A DNA stretch of 64,000 nucleotides from Candidatus Sumerlaeia bacterium (GTDB lineage: Bacteria > Sumerlaeota > Sumerlaeia > SLMS01 > JANRJK01), in assembly GCA_033764015.1 (NCBI GenBank), contig JANRJK010000053.1, positions 1 through 64,000 on the forward strand. Reading direction: 5' to 3'. The notes under the pieces are model-generated. The model saw only the letters and a program-made list of their open reading frames with translations. It had not been told where the DNA came from and searched no databases. Below are positions 26,334-42,083 of this stretch, piece after piece. The first letter of the stretch is position 1, and every line of letters begins with the position of its first letter. A program made the position numbers and the translations under genes.

Positions 26334-27532
26334 AGCACCCCCTCAAGAAGTACTCAAGACTCGGCCGCGAATGCTACTTCGACGCGATCCGTGGGAAGCT
26401 GATCCTCGCCACCCCCGAGGAGGGCGTCCGCCAGCGCTTCGTCATGGAACTCGTGGCCAGCCTCGGTTGGCCGGTGGAGTGCATCACGGTCGAGGAGTCC
26501 CTATCGCACCATGGTGGCGGGAATCTCCGCGCGGACATTGTCCTCTGCGAGGCAACAGCGGGGGAAAGCGCGCCCGTCGGGATTGTCGAGTGCAAGGCCC
26601 CCGGCGTGCCGCTGACCTCCGATGTGGAGGAGCAAGCGCTCGCGTACGCGCTCAGGCTGGACTGCAGGTTCTACGCGATCACCAACGGCTCGCAGTTGCG
26701 CGTCTACGAGCTCGCCGATGGAGCCTCGCGCCAGATCCGCGACTTCCCATCGCGCGAGGAGGCGCTGCGCGGGAGCCTGTCCCACATCGAGGAGGTGGAG
26801 GACTCCTGGGACTATGTTCGCGTGCCCTGGAAGGCGCTGATCGGGCCGAGGCTGCAACGCCAGATCGACCATGCGATGAGCGCGGGGGAGTTTTCCTCCG
26901 CCTGCCCGCCGGAGCTTGCGCCCTATGTGATCGACTTTGCGGGGCTGCTCTTCGCCAAGGACACGTACCCGTACGATTTCGTCCCGTGCCGTGGCATGGG
27001 CGTCGAGATCCTGGAGGACGCGGGCCTGCTCTACAGGAACTTCGGGAACTCCGCTGGCGGCGGCTGGGATGCGGACTACCGCGTTCTGCTGTGCCGCGAT
27101 CTGAAGACCGGGGATTCCTTTGTCGCCAGCGTCTCGCTGATGTCGTGGGAGGGCTGCACGGACGATCCCGCGTTCGGGAACCGCAACCCTAAGACGATCA
27201 TCCTGTGCGCGATCGGTGATGGCGAGAAGGACCAATCATCGCTGCAGCTCCGCCTTGAAAAGCATCTGGTGGCGGAAGGGCGCAGCGGCGCATTGCTCAC
27301 TCACGACGGGGCCATGACCGCCGGGTCGACGGTGAAGCGCGAGGTGGTTCGCAACTACATCCGCGAGTGCGCCCCGGAGCTCTTGGACGGCCCGAGCAGG
27401 ATTCTCCTCGGGCGCCATGACGGGAAGGCCTGCATCGCGGGGAGGGCTGCCGCGGACATGCTCCTGCGGCTCGTGGCCTACTCCTACTATCGACTGAAGC
27501 TTCGGCATAAACTGCACGCGGAGTGGGCCTGA
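26330..27532 (+). CDS. Stand-alone type I restriction HsdR N-terminal-like (PD-(D/E)xK) nuclease domain protein
   Basis: YFDAIRGKLILATPEEGVRQ..RADIVL..IVECKAP..QALAY..ITNG; GTG start inferred. Confidence 0.85.
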   Translation: MKHPLKKYSRLGRECYFDAIRGKLILATPEEGVRQRFVMELVASLGWPVECITVEESLSHHGGGNLRADIVLCEATAGESAPVGIVECKAPGVPLTSDVEEQALAYALRLDCRFYAITNGSQLRVYELADGASRQIRDFPSREEALRGSLSHIEEVEDSWDYVRVPWKALIGPRLQRQIDHAMSAGEFSSACPPELAPYVIDFAGLLFAKDTYPYDFVPCRGMGVEILEDAGLLYRNFGNSAGGGWDADYRVLLCRDLKTGDSFVASVSLMSWEGCTDDPAFGNRNPKTIILCAIGDGEKDQSSLQLRLEKHLVAEGRSGALLTHDGAMTAGSTVKREVVRNYIRECAPELLDGPSRILLGRHDGKACIAGRAAADMLLRLVAYSYYRLKLRHKLHAEWA

Positions 27533-27655
27533 GGCCCTTTCCCGGGCTTCCCCCCGCTTCCCTCTTGGCCCCGCGAGCTCCCTGCGCGGTAGCGTCGCCT
27601 TCTCGGGCCGCATCGGCCCGCAACCGATTTCCCGACCCGCCACGAGGACACGCAC

Positions 27656-30366
<2,711 letters not shown>

Positions 30367-30370
<4 letters not shown>

Positions 30371-31299
30371 GGCCCGGCCTCCGCGCGTTGGCAACCGCGG
30401 CGCTGCTCGGCGCCGCGCTCCTCGGCGGCTGCATCCGCACGCCGAAAGGCGAGGCGGGCGCCACCTTCGAGCAGATGGCCACGGCGCCCTACGAGCCCGT
30501 GGACGCCAACGCGGACATCCGCCTCGCGCGGCGCTACGTCCCTTGGTCGCGCGAGACCGCCGTCGAACGCACCGACATGGCGCCGCTCCCCGCGTCGCCG
30601 TCGGAGCTGGCGGACGGCGCCACGCCGGGGCTGTTCGCCGCGGGCGAGCGCCTCGCCGCGCGCGACCGGTTGCGGCGCCAGCTCGCCGCCGCCATCGGCG
30701 TGCTCGAAGCATCCGATCCGATCCCCGGCGAGACCGCCGGCGCCACGGTGGCGGAGCTCGCCACGAAGCACCGCGCGGTGGCCGACGCCGTCGCCGCAGC
30801 GCTGGACCGGGGCGTGCGCGAGGAACTGCTCCCCGGCGGCGAGAGCAAGCCGCCGCAGCTCGAGGCGCGCGCCGCGCTCGAACCGGTCGCCGCCGCGGTG
30901 CTCGCCGCGGGCGGGGGCCGCCGCATGACCGCGGAACAGGTCCGCGCCGCCGCCGAGGCCGACGCGCTCGCCAACGCGCGGCGCCAGCTCTTCGACAAGC
31001 TGCTCGCGGAGAAGTCGCGCAAGGGCCAGAAGGTCGCCGAATGGGTCGGCGACGACCCCGTGCGCCGCCGCGCGCTCGAACTCGTGGTCGCCGAGGCGGA
31101 GACGATCCACTCGACGGATCTCGAAGTGGGCGACGGCAAGCGCGAGTGGATGGTGGTGCTCGCGCTGCCCGAGGCGGAGCTGCGCCAGCTCCTCGAAGGC
31201 CGCGGCGCCAAGGCCGAACCGACCCCGACACCCACCCCGCGCCCGGAACGCACGCCGCGCCCCCCGCGCGAACCGCGCCCCAACGCCCTCGGACAATGA
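30367..31299 (+). CDS. Putative lipoprotein
   Basis: GTGA-coupled to acnA; signal peptide ending in LLGG-C lipobox. Confidence 0.75.
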
Positions 31300-31943
31300 G
31301 CCAACAAGCCCCCGCCTTCGTCCTCGCCTCCGCCTCGCCGCGCCGGCGCGAACTCCTCGCCGCCATGGGCATCCCCTTCGAGGTCCGCGCCAGCGAGGTG
31401 GACGAATCCACCATCGCGGCGGACCAGCCGCGCACCTTCGCGCTGCGCGCCGCGTACGCGAAGGCGATGGACGTCGCGCGCCGGCTCCCGGTCGGCACGC
31501 CGGTGCTCGCCGCCGACACGGTGGTGGCGCTGCGTTCGGTGCTCTACGGCAAGCCCGCCGACGCCGACGACGCGCGCCACATGCTCGAACAGCTCAGCGG
31601 CGAAACCCACGAGGTGATCACCGCCATCGCGCTGGCCCGCGCCGGCAGCCTCGAATGCCACCTCGCGAGCGAAACCACCGCCGTCACCTTCCGCCGCCTC
31701 ACCGCGGAGGAAATCGACGCCTACATCGCCACCGGCGAACCGTTCGACAAGGCAGGCGGCTACGGCATCCAAGGCGCCGCCGCGGACCTGATCGACCACA
31801 TCGACGGCGACTACTTCAACGTCGTCGGCCTCCCCTGCGGCTGCCTGCTGGAACTGCTCGAGCGCGCAGGTTTCGAAGGCGCCGGAGCCGGAGAAGGTGG
31901 GCGGGCGTGGAAGGAGCCGGAGGCGCCGGGGAGGTGGGGGTAG
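31296..31943 (+). CDS. maf: Maf family nucleotide pyrophosphatase
   Basis: VLASASPRRRELL, AADTVV, GKP, EPFDKAGGYGIQG, NVVGLP. Confidence 0.97.
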   Translation: MSQQAPAFVLASASPRRRELLAAMGIPFEVRASEVDESTIAADQPRTFALRAAYAKAMDVARRLPVGTPVLAADTVVALRSVLYGKPADADDARHMLEQLSGETHEVITAIALARAGSLECHLASETTAVTFRRLTAEEIDAYIATGEPFDKAGGYGIQGAAADLIDHIDGDYFNVVGLPCGCLLELLERAGFEGAGAGEGGRAWKEPEAPGRWG

Positions 31944-32032
31944 GGTGGCGGGCGAGTGGTGGAATCTCCTTGACCCGGCGGACACAGCTGTAGATCGTTC
32001 CCGTTAGTATCCATCTCTATAGAGGTTTCCAA

Positions 32033-32347
32033 ATGGAAATCAAGTTCGTCCCTGTAACTACCCCAGACAATCGAGATCCTAGAACCCAAGCTGGGACCGT
32101 CGACACCTCTTGCGGCACAAGAGTGGTCGAAGTTGTGAAGGCTGCCACCGATGATCTTTCCGCCAAACTCGGAGAGATTGTGAACGATATTAGTCTAAAG
32201 ATTCAGAGCACCCTTGTCGAGGGTACCGAAGTTGAAGTGACGATGGCCTTCGGCCTAGAAGCAGACTGCGACCTTGTCCTAATTTCTGGGACTGGGACGG
32301 CTGCCATTGAGGTGACATTTAGGGTTGTGGGAGGGAAGTCAAAGTGA
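32033..32347 (+). CDS. Trypsin-co-occurring domain protein (Trypco1-like)
   Basis: 104 aa, EVEVTMAFGLEADCDLVLISGTGTAAIEVTF pattern, directly upstream of a trypsin gene. Confidence 0.7.
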   Translation: MEIKFVPVTTPDNRDPRTQAGTVDTSCGTRVVEVVKAATDDLSAKLGEIVNDISLKIQSTLVEGTEVEVTMAFGLEADCDLVLISGTGTAAIEVTFRVVGGKSK

Positions 32348-33504
32348 AGTCAGCGAGCAAGAGTATCGTAGGTGACTTCTACTCCCCTGCTGGGCTTCTA
32401 TGTTCAATCTGGCACATGTACAACAGCGCTCTAGTCTTTAACCGATGTGGGTGGCTCTTGAGCCCAGAATACATAGTCACTGCTGGGCACAACTTGCCAA
32501 GCGAAGGGCTAAAGGTCAGAATTTGCGGCCACTCTAATCCCGAAGGCCCTGAAGGTGGCGGGTACGATGTGACAGTCGTTCACACAGAGAATGTGAAAGC
32601 GAATCCATTTGCAGATTTTGCAATCTTGAAGCTGTGCCAACATGCTGGAGGGGTATTGCCAGCCTGCAAAGTGTCGGAGGAAATGGTTGCGCTTGCCTCA
32701 AGTGACCCCGAGCGGGAATCTGTATTTTTCGAGAGCGCTTTCTATATGCCCTGTTACTTCAATGGTCATACACTCTCCTCGTATGATGTCGAAGGACGCT
32801 TGGGGAGGCGCAGCAGAGGAGATGGAGAAAACTTCTTCGAAGTTATAAACCTAGATCTTGTCAAGAATCCCCGAGTTTCATTTGAGGATGGCATGAGTGG
32901 CGCGCCAGTTCTGGTTGTCGACTCGAAGCGAAATCGCCTAAGAGTGGTGTTAATTGGACACCAAGTAAAGACGACAATGCACAGATCGGTTGGACAAGTC
33001 GTCCCAGTTGGAAGAATGCACACGCTTCTAAGTGGCTTGTCGAGTCCAGAACTGTTGGAGGTTAAGAGGTTGATTGCCAAGCGTCTCGCGAACTTCGACC
33101 ATTCAATCGTAACGAACTCTCCAGAAAGGGGCAGGTTGGGTGCTATGTCAAAACAAATTCAAGAGGTGACCAGTCCTGAACAGGTGTGTGAAATCATAGG
33201 CTCGCTACCCAAGATAGGAGGAACGATCTCTAAGAGATTCTTGAAGTCGAAGGTTTTGTTGTTGTGGAATGACCTGGCAGTTTCGGACTCGATGGTTTTT
33301 TGCTACTTGCGGAGAAAAATCAAGAACAGGACCCACATCGCAACAGCTAAAAATCTGCTCCGCAGGAGTGCCTTGCGGACTGGGGCTTTCGAGCTTGTTC
33401 ATTTAAGGGCCCTTCCTTCCCTGAATGAAATTGGGCAATACTTGACGGTCATCCAATTTCGAAGGATTTCAACGGAATCAGACTTGTCCGAGGTCAGATC
33501 ATGA
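32344..33504 (+). CDS. Cytoplasmic trypsin-like serine protease with unknown C-terminal domain
   Basis: Catalytic triad motifs VTAGH, DFAILKL, GMSGAPV; no signal peptide; GTGA overlap. Confidence 0.85.
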   Translation: MKSASKSIVGDFYSPAGLLCSIWHMYNSALVFNRCGWLLSPEYIVTAGHNLPSEGLKVRICGHSNPEGPEGGGYDVTVVHTENVKANPFADFAILKLCQHAGGVLPACKVSEEMVALASSDPERESVFFESAFYMPCYFNGHTLSSYDVEGRLGRRSRGDGENFFEVINLDLVKNPRVSFEDGMSGAPVLVVDSKRNRLRVVLIGHQVKTTMHRSVGQVVPVGRMHTLLSGLSSPELLEVKRLIAKRLANFDHSIVTNSPERGRLGAMSKQIQEVTSPEQVCEIIGSLPKIGGTISKRFLKSKVLLLWNDLAVSDSMVFCYLRRKIKNRTHIATAKNLLRRSALRTGAFELVHLRALPSLNEIGQYLTVIQFRRISTESDLSEVRS

Positions 33505-34673
33505 CTTCCAAGGCAAAGGCGACTACTGCGAAGCATTGGCGGGCCTTTCTCCAAATCTTCGGGCTTCGACACCAAGGAGTTGAGCATCCCCTTGCCTATT
33601 TGGAGATACTTGAAAAGGTTCGAGATAAGCTGGCCATGGACCCTGATGTTCGCACAACGGGGCTGGTTGAAGAGTTCCACCTTGAATGCGACCATCAGCA
33701 ACCCTTGCTGGATGCCTTGGCGGTCATGCAGAATGCGCTTCTCTGTGAGCTCGATGTCGGGGTTGCAACACGTGGTGTCATCTTTAGAGATGAGGCGGTC
33801 GTTGAATCCCCAAATGGTGTACGCTTATCGGAAAAGTTGATAAGAGTCCGCTCAACATGGCAAGGACTCAAGACTGTTGGATTTGTAATCGCCCCAGACG
33901 ATGCCCCCGCCTTGAAAATGTCAAAGTCTTCGAATTCTCCGCTCGCGTTGGTTAACTTTTGCGCTGGCGAAAAAAGGGGTAGCTACGAGCGCTTTTATCA
34001 TCTGAGTGTAGGCTGGACCATGGATCCCAGGTACATGTTAGGTGTGCCCGGAGCATCTCTCGAAAGCGCTTGGGATAGTTTTTTTTATACCTGGCTATCG
34101 GCCGCCCCTGAGTCGGAAAAGCTATCCCGATTTTATGTTCCTTTTGCGGTGAACTGGTTGGAGCACGAGGGAAACGAGATGCTCTCAATTCTTGGAAAGG
34201 CTTCTCGCCCCGCAGAGTTTCCTTCCGCTCAATTGCCGATTTTGTCAAGACTGGTTTCCAGAGTGTTGAGTGAGAAGGTTGGTGTTTCGGCGAAGTTGGA
34301 ACTAGTGGGGGCATGCCAATGCTACGAGCTGTTTCTTCTGAAGTTGGCAGATATTTGCTTTTCAGGTGCGGTAGAAGACTGGCTGGCCGCCCCCGAAAAC
34401 AAGAACGTCCTCCTGAGAGGAAGAGCCGAGAGACAGACAAGGCGCGCCAAGAGCAAGCCGTCTTTGGACGAAGACAATGCTGACGTGCAACCTACACCGG
34501 AAAAGATGACATTGGCGAGTGCGCTTCAACTTCTTCGGCTGGCAGCCTGTAAGAACAAACGTCTTATAGGACTCGCAAGGAAAGATGCTTCGGGGCCCGT
34601 ACCTTTAGAAATACTTTCCATCAAGAGCCGAAGGAACTTCATTCGTGCCTTGGCTGATAGCCTCCAAGAATAG
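33501..34673 (+). CDS. Hypothetical protein, possibly with a degenerate class III nucleotidyl-cyclase-like N-terminal domain
   Basis: ATGA-coupled; RAFLQIFGL..MQNALL..TRGVI resembles the xAFxDILGF..Q..LL..RGxI pattern (fold assignment is inference). Confidence 0.6.
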   Translation: MTSKAKATTAKHWRAFLQIFGLRHQGVEHPLAYLEILEKVRDKLAMDPDVRTTGLVEEFHLECDHQQPLLDALAVMQNALLCELDVGVATRGVIFRDEAVVESPNGVRLSEKLIRVRSTWQGLKTVGFVIAPDDAPALKMSKSSNSPLALVNFCAGEKRGSYERFYHLSVGWTMDPRYMLGVPGASLESAWDSFFYTWLSAAPESEKLSRFYVPFAVNWLEHEGNEMLSILGKASRPAEFPSAQLPILSRLVSRVLSEKVGVSAKLELVGACQCYELFLLKLADICFSGAVEDWLAAPENKNVLLRGRAERQTRRAKSKPSLDEDNADVQPTPEKMTLASALQLLRLAACKNKRLIGLARKDASGPVPLEILSIKSRRNFIRALADSLQE

Positions 34674-34786
34674 GCTAGGAGGAGAGCAAGTTTGATTTGG
34701 GGGACAGTCCGGCCAAGTCGCAAAAACATTGTTTATCCCAACTAGATGACACGCCGACCTTCGACGCTGCAATGTAAACTTGTGTT

Positions 34787-34943
34787 CGAGCGCCGCGAGC
34801 TTGTCCGCGGAGGCGGCGAACTGTGCGTCCCAGCGCGCCTCCGACTCCATCTCCTCGAGCATCAGCGCGGCCAGCGCGTCTTGCCGTTCCGCGGGCAGGT
34901 GGCTGGCGCGGTCGATGGCTAGTTGAAGGTGCTTGGTGGTCAT
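34787..34943 (-). pseudogene. Truncated antitoxin-like gene
   Basis: MTTKHLQLAIDRASHLPAERQDALAALMLEEMESEARWDAQFAASADKLAAL; similarity and high GC both end at the low-GC islet edge. Confidence 0.6.
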
Positions 34944-35014
34944 GGCGGCTGCTCCGTGTGGACTTCGTCCCACAACCTCGCCAACCGCCGCCGCGTTTTC
35001 CAGCGAAATCCCCC

Positions 35015-35158
35015 CTACTCCAACCCAAACACCACCGACACGTTCGCCCGCACGCGGATTCTTCCCAGCGCGGTCGAGCTTGGTTCGTCGGAGGCGGAGC
35101 CGCCGGACATTTCCTGCGAGGCGTTTTGCGCCATCATGCGGGAGTTTCGGCCGGAGTC
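35015..35158 (-). pseudogene. Duplicated 3' end of the SIMPL gene
   Basis: Aligns to 38455-38601; encodes RMMAQNASQEMSGGSASDEPSSTALGRIRVRANVSVVFGLE*. Confidence 0.88.
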
Positions 35159-35177
35159 CCCCCGGGCCCCGAAACGG

Positions 35178-35210
35178 TCCGGCCGCCGCCCCGAGGGGGC
35201 GGCGGCCGGA
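35178..35210 (-). terminator. Stem-loop downstream of hppA
   Basis: TCCGGCCGCCGCCCC-gag-GGGGCGGCGGCCGGA, 15-bp perfect stem. Confidence 0.65.
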
Positions 35211-35248
35211 GGGGTCCGCGAGCGGGTCGGCTTTGGGGCCGGGTGCTG

Positions 35249-38020
<2,772 letters not shown>

Positions 38021-38454
38021 CCATCTGGGCGGCCCCCATCGAGGGTTCGCTGTGCCACAGCCCGACGGCCTCCACTCGCTTAGACGACAATCGGGACTTT
38101 AGCCATCCTCTTTGGCTGGTCAAGCGAAAAATCGGTGGCTACCTTTGGTCGAACGCACCCGCCAACCCTTGAAAGAGCGTGTCGGTCCCCGCCGAAACCC
38201 ATCACAACGCGGACCAAAACGCGGCCCATTATCCACTTTGGTCGTGGCCGCAATCCCGTCCCTCGACGTGCCGCCAACGCGGTTCGCGAGCGACAGCGGC
38301 AGTCCTCCGGGGCTCACAAGCGGCCGCCGCCGGAGCCTCGACAAGATGAAATCCGTGAACCATCGACGGGGCAACGGAGCGAATTGCCGCCGCCTCGATC
38401 CGGTAGTTGCGAGCGGCCCGCGCAAGGTGGGCGGGGGCCGCCCGAATGGGGTAA

Positions 38455-39231
38455 CTACTGATTCAGTTCGAACAGCACCGACACGCTCGCGCGCACGCGG
38501 ATGCGGCCGAGCGCGGTCGAGCTTGGTTCGTCGGAGGCGGAGCCGCCGGACATTTCCTGCGAGACGTTTTGCGCCATCATGCGGGCGCTGCGGCCGGAGT
38601 CGTAGGGGGACCACATGCTGTAGCTTTCGCCGATCGATTGCGGGGCGCCGATGTCTTCGCCGAGGACGCCGGCCATGGCGTCGGCCTTCTCGCGGGCGGC
38701 GAGCAGCGCCAGGCGGCGGGCTTCGTCGCGGTGCTTGCGCAAGTCGCTGGTGCGGAACTCGACGCCCTGCATGGTGTCGGCGCCGGCGGTCACCAGCGCC
38801 TCGACCAGCGCGTCGAGCCGCTCCGGTTCGCGCAGCGTGACCACGAGCGTCTTGCGGCAGACGTATTCGACGAACCGCTGGCGGTTGTTCTCCCACTCGT
38901 AAACCGGTTCGAGCTGGAACTGGTCCGTGGCGAGGTCCTTTTCCGCGATGCCGGCGGAGGAGCGCGCGGCGGCGAGGACGGCGGCCATGCGGGCGTTGCA
39001 GGCGCCGCGGGCCTCCTGCGCCGAGCGCGAGCGCCCCTCGGTGCCCACGATCACCTCGACGAAGTCGGGCTCGACCAGCACCTCGGCCTCGCCGGTGACG
39101 CTGATGGTGCGCGGCGCCTTCGCGACCGCGGCGGCGCCGTGGGGCCGGACGTCGTCCGACCGTGTGGAAACGCAGGACGCTCCCGCGAGGCAGGTGGCGA
39201 GGATCGAGGCGGCAAGGGCGGTGCGGCGCAT
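38455..39231 (-). CDS. SIMPL (DUF541) domain protein, probable lipoprotein
   Basis: RTISVTGEAEVLVEPD, EARRLALLAAREKADAMA, IRVRASVSVLF; signal peptide with Cys. Confidence 0.92.
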   Translation of the reverse strand: MRRTALAASILATCLAGASCVSTRSDDVRPHGAAAVAKAPRTISVTGEAEVLVEPDFVEVIVGTEGRSRSAQEARGACNARMAAVLAAARSSAGIAEKDLATDQFQLEPVYEWENNRQRFVEYVCRKTLVVTLREPERLDALVEALVTAGADTMQGVEFRTSDLRKHRDEARRLALLAAREKADAMAGVLGEDIGAPQSIGESYSMWSPYDSGRSARMMAQNVSQEMSGGSASDEPSSTALGRIRVRASVSVLFELNQ

Positions 39232-39383
39232 GGGCGTTCTCCGGCGCGGGCGATGGGTCCGATGGGAGCGCCGCGGGCGCGCGGGGCGCAAGGCCGGGGG
39301 CGGAGGGCGCGCTTCCGGTTGCCATGGTGCGGGGCGGGCGGTCCGCTTGGCGGACCTGCGCCGCCCGGGGCGCGCCCGCCGCC

Positions 39384-41633
39384 ATGATGCACCTGCTCGA
39401 CAAGTTGAACCCGCCGCAGCGCGAGGCCGCCACCTACCTCGGCGGCCCGCTGATGATCATCGCCGGCGCGGGCTCGGGGAAGACGCGCGTCATCACGCAC
39501 CGGATCGCGTTCCTGGCGTCGGAGGTCGGCATCCCGCTGCACGACATCCTGGCGGTGACGTTCACGAACAAGGCGGCGCGCGAGATGCGCGAGCGCGTGT
39601 TCCGCATCCTTGGCCGCGACGACATGCCCTCGCTGCCGATCGGCACGTTCCACTCGCGCTGCGCGATGATCCTGCGGCGCGACGCGGACGCGGCGGGGCT
39701 GGACCAGAACTTCACGATCCTGGACGAGAAGGACCAGGTGGCGGCGGTGAAGCGGGCGATGGAGCGCTGCGACGTCTCCGAGAAGCGCGTGAAGCCGGCG
39801 CAGGTGCACAACTTCATCAACACGGCGAAGATGCGCCTGCTGACGCCGGAGGATTGCGCGAGGGAGTTCGCCGCCGAGCGCATCCCCTACGCCGACCTCT
39901 ACGCCGCCTACGAGGACCTCCTGAAGCGCGCGAAGGCGCTCGATATCGAGGACCTGATCTTCAAGACCGTGCTGCTCTTCCAGCGCGACGACGACGCGCG
40001 CCGCCACTGGGCCCGCCGCTACCAGCACGTCCTGGTCGACGAGTACCAGGACACGAACCACGGCCAGTTCCTGCTCACCAAGCTGCTGGCGCAGGACCAC
40101 GGCAACATCTGCGTGGTGGGCGACGAGGACCAGGCGATCTACTCCTGGCGCGGCGCCGACATCACGAACCTGCTCGATTTCGAGAAGTCCTTCCCCGGCG
40201 TCCGCGTGGTGAAGCTGGAGCAGAACTACCGCTCGACCGCGAACATCCTGCGGGGCGCCAGCGTGGTGATCGCGCGCAACACGCAGCGCCTCGGCAAGAC
40301 GCTCTTCACCGAGGGCGCGGAGGGCGACCCGCTCGAGTACCTGCGCGGCGAGGACGACCGCCACGAGGGCTGGCTGGTGGCGCAGGAGGTGGACCGGCTG
40401 CTGCGCACGCAGGGCGTGCCCGCCTCCGAGGTCGCCGTGTTCTACCGCAGCCACCGCCTCTCCCGCCCCGTCGAGGACGCGCTGCGCGGCTTCCAGATCC
40501 CCTACCGCATCGTCGGCGGCGTGCGCTTCTACGACCGCGCCGAGGTGAAGGACGTGCTCTGCTTCCTGCGCCTCGCGGTGAACCCGAACGACGACCTCGC
40601 GTTCGAGCGCGTGGTGAACGTGCCGAAGCGCGGCATCGGCGACAAGGCGCAGCAGTCGCTCCGCGAGCAGGCGCAGCAGGACCGCACGAGCCTTTACGAG
40701 GCGGCCTGGCGCGCGATCAAGGCGGACGGCCCGCTCGCCTCGAAGGCGCGCGGCAACCTCGCCCAGTTCCTGGTCGCCATCGAGGAGTGGCACCGCGAGG
40801 AGCGCCACCTCTCGCCGCGCGAGCTGCTCGAGCTGGTCTACACGCACACGCGCTACAAGGAGGAGGGGCTCGGCGACACAACCTCCATCGACGGCGAAGC
40901 GCGCCTCGAGAACCTGCAGGAGTTCGAGGCGGTCGTCGAGCTGTTCCGCGCGGAGTCGGACAGGAACCGCACGGCGGAGTTCCTGCGCACGCTGTCGCTC
41001 GACGCGGCGGTGGCGGACCGCGACGAGGGCGCGGAGTCGGTGAGCCTGATGTCGGTGCACAACGCGAAGGGACTCGAGTTCGACCACGTGTTCGTGGTGG
41101 GGCTGGAGGAGGGCGTGTTCCCGAACTCGCGGGCGATGGGCGACCTGTCGGAGACGGGCGTCGAGGAGGAGCGGCGGCTGTACTACGTGGCGCTGACGCG
41201 GGCCCGCAAGCGGCTGTGCCTGTCGCGCGCGGGGCGCCGCATGGGCTACAGCGGCGGCTACGACTTCTCCGAGCCCTCGCGGTTCCTCGCCGAGATGCCC
41301 CCGGAGGTGTTCGCCAAGGCGTCCTTCGAGATGCTGCGCCGCGAGCTGAAGTTCGGCTGGGGCGAGGAGCGGACCGAGCCCGCGTCGAAGGCGGGGCCGG
41401 AGCGCAAGTTCGCGCAGCTCGTGGCGCAGGGGGCCGCGGGGCTCCGCGCCGCCGCGACCGACACCGAGTTCCGCCGCGGCGACCGCGTGGTGCACCGCTA
41501 CCTCGGGGCGGGCGAGGTGTTCAACATCGCGGGACGCCCCGGCGCTCAGAAGATCCACATCCGCTTCGACGACGGGCGCGAGCAGGCCTTCGTCGCGCGG
41601 CAGGCCCCCATCGTCCGCGAAGGCGAGGGCTGA
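39384..41633 (+). CDS. pcrA: UvrD/PcrA ATP-dependent DNA helicase
   Basis: AGAGSGKT, VTFTNKAA, VDEYQD, GDEDQAIYSWRGA, EQNYRS, HNAKGLEF, EERRLYYVALTRA. Confidence 0.97.
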   Translation: MMHLLDKLNPPQREAATYLGGPLMIIAGAGSGKTRVITHRIAFLASEVGIPLHDILAVTFTNKAAREMRERVFRILGRDDMPSLPIGTFHSRCAMILRRDADAAGLDQNFTILDEKDQVAAVKRAMERCDVSEKRVKPAQVHNFINTAKMRLLTPEDCAREFAAERIPYADLYAAYEDLLKRAKALDIEDLIFKTVLLFQRDDDARRHWARRYQHVLVDEYQDTNHGQFLLTKLLAQDHGNICVVGDEDQAIYSWRGADITNLLDFEKSFPGVRVVKLEQNYRSTANILRGASVVIARNTQRLGKTLFTEGAEGDPLEYLRGEDDRHEGWLVAQEVDRLLRTQGVPASEVAVFYRSHRLSRPVEDALRGFQIPYRIVGGVRFYDRAEVKDVLCFLRLAVNPNDDLAFERVVNVPKRGIGDKAQQSLREQAQQDRTSLYEAAWRAIKADGPLASKARGNLAQFLVAIEEWHREERHLSPRELLELVYTHTRYKEEGLGDTTSIDGEARLENLQEFEAVVELFRAESDRNRTAEFLRTLSLDAAVADRDEGAESVSLMSVHNAKGLEFDHVFVVGLEEGVFPNSRAMGDLSETGVEEERRLYYVALTRARKRLCLSRAGRRMGYSGGYDFSEPSRFLAEMPPEVFAKASFEMLRRELKFGWGEERTEPASKAGPERKFAQLVAQGAAGLRAAATDTEFRRGDRVVHRYLGAGEVFNIAGRPGAQKIHIRFDDGREQAFVARQAPIVREGEG

Positions 41634-41638
41634 GGCCG

Positions 41639-42064
41639 GTGCCCCGCCCCCTGGTCGCCCTGATCGACGACGATCCCGACGTGCGCCACCTGCTGGCGAT
41701 GACGCTCAAGCGGCTGTACCGCGTCGAGACCGCGCCGGACGGGCCCGCGGGCCTCGAACTGGTCCGCGCGCAGCGACCCAACGTGGTGGTGACGGACCTC
41801 GGGATGCCGGGCCTCAACGGGCTCGACCTGTGCGGAACGATCAAGTCGGACCCGGAGTTGGCGCGCATCCCCGTGATCATCATCACCGGCGCCACGCGCG
41901 GCGAGGAGCTGCCCGGCGGGTTCTGGAGGCTCGGCACGCAGGCGGACGACTTCCTGCAGAAGCCCTTCCCGCCGGAGCAACTGCTGGCGGCGGTGCAGGC
42001 GCAGCTCGAGCGGGCGGCGGGCTACAAGCCGCTGCCCCCGGGCACCGGGAGCTATGGGGAATAG
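41639..42064 (+). CDS. Single-domain response regulator
   Basis: LIDDD, TDLGMPGLNG, IIITG, KPF. Confidence 0.92.
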   Translation: MPRPLVALIDDDPDVRHLLAMTLKRLYRVETAPDGPAGLELVRAQRPNVVVTDLGMPGLNGLDLCGTIKSDPELARIPVIIITGATRGEELPGGFWRLGTQADDFLQKPFPPEQLLAAVQAQLERAAGYKPLPPGTGSYGE

Positions 42065-42083
42065 GCACGCGACGACCGGTGCG

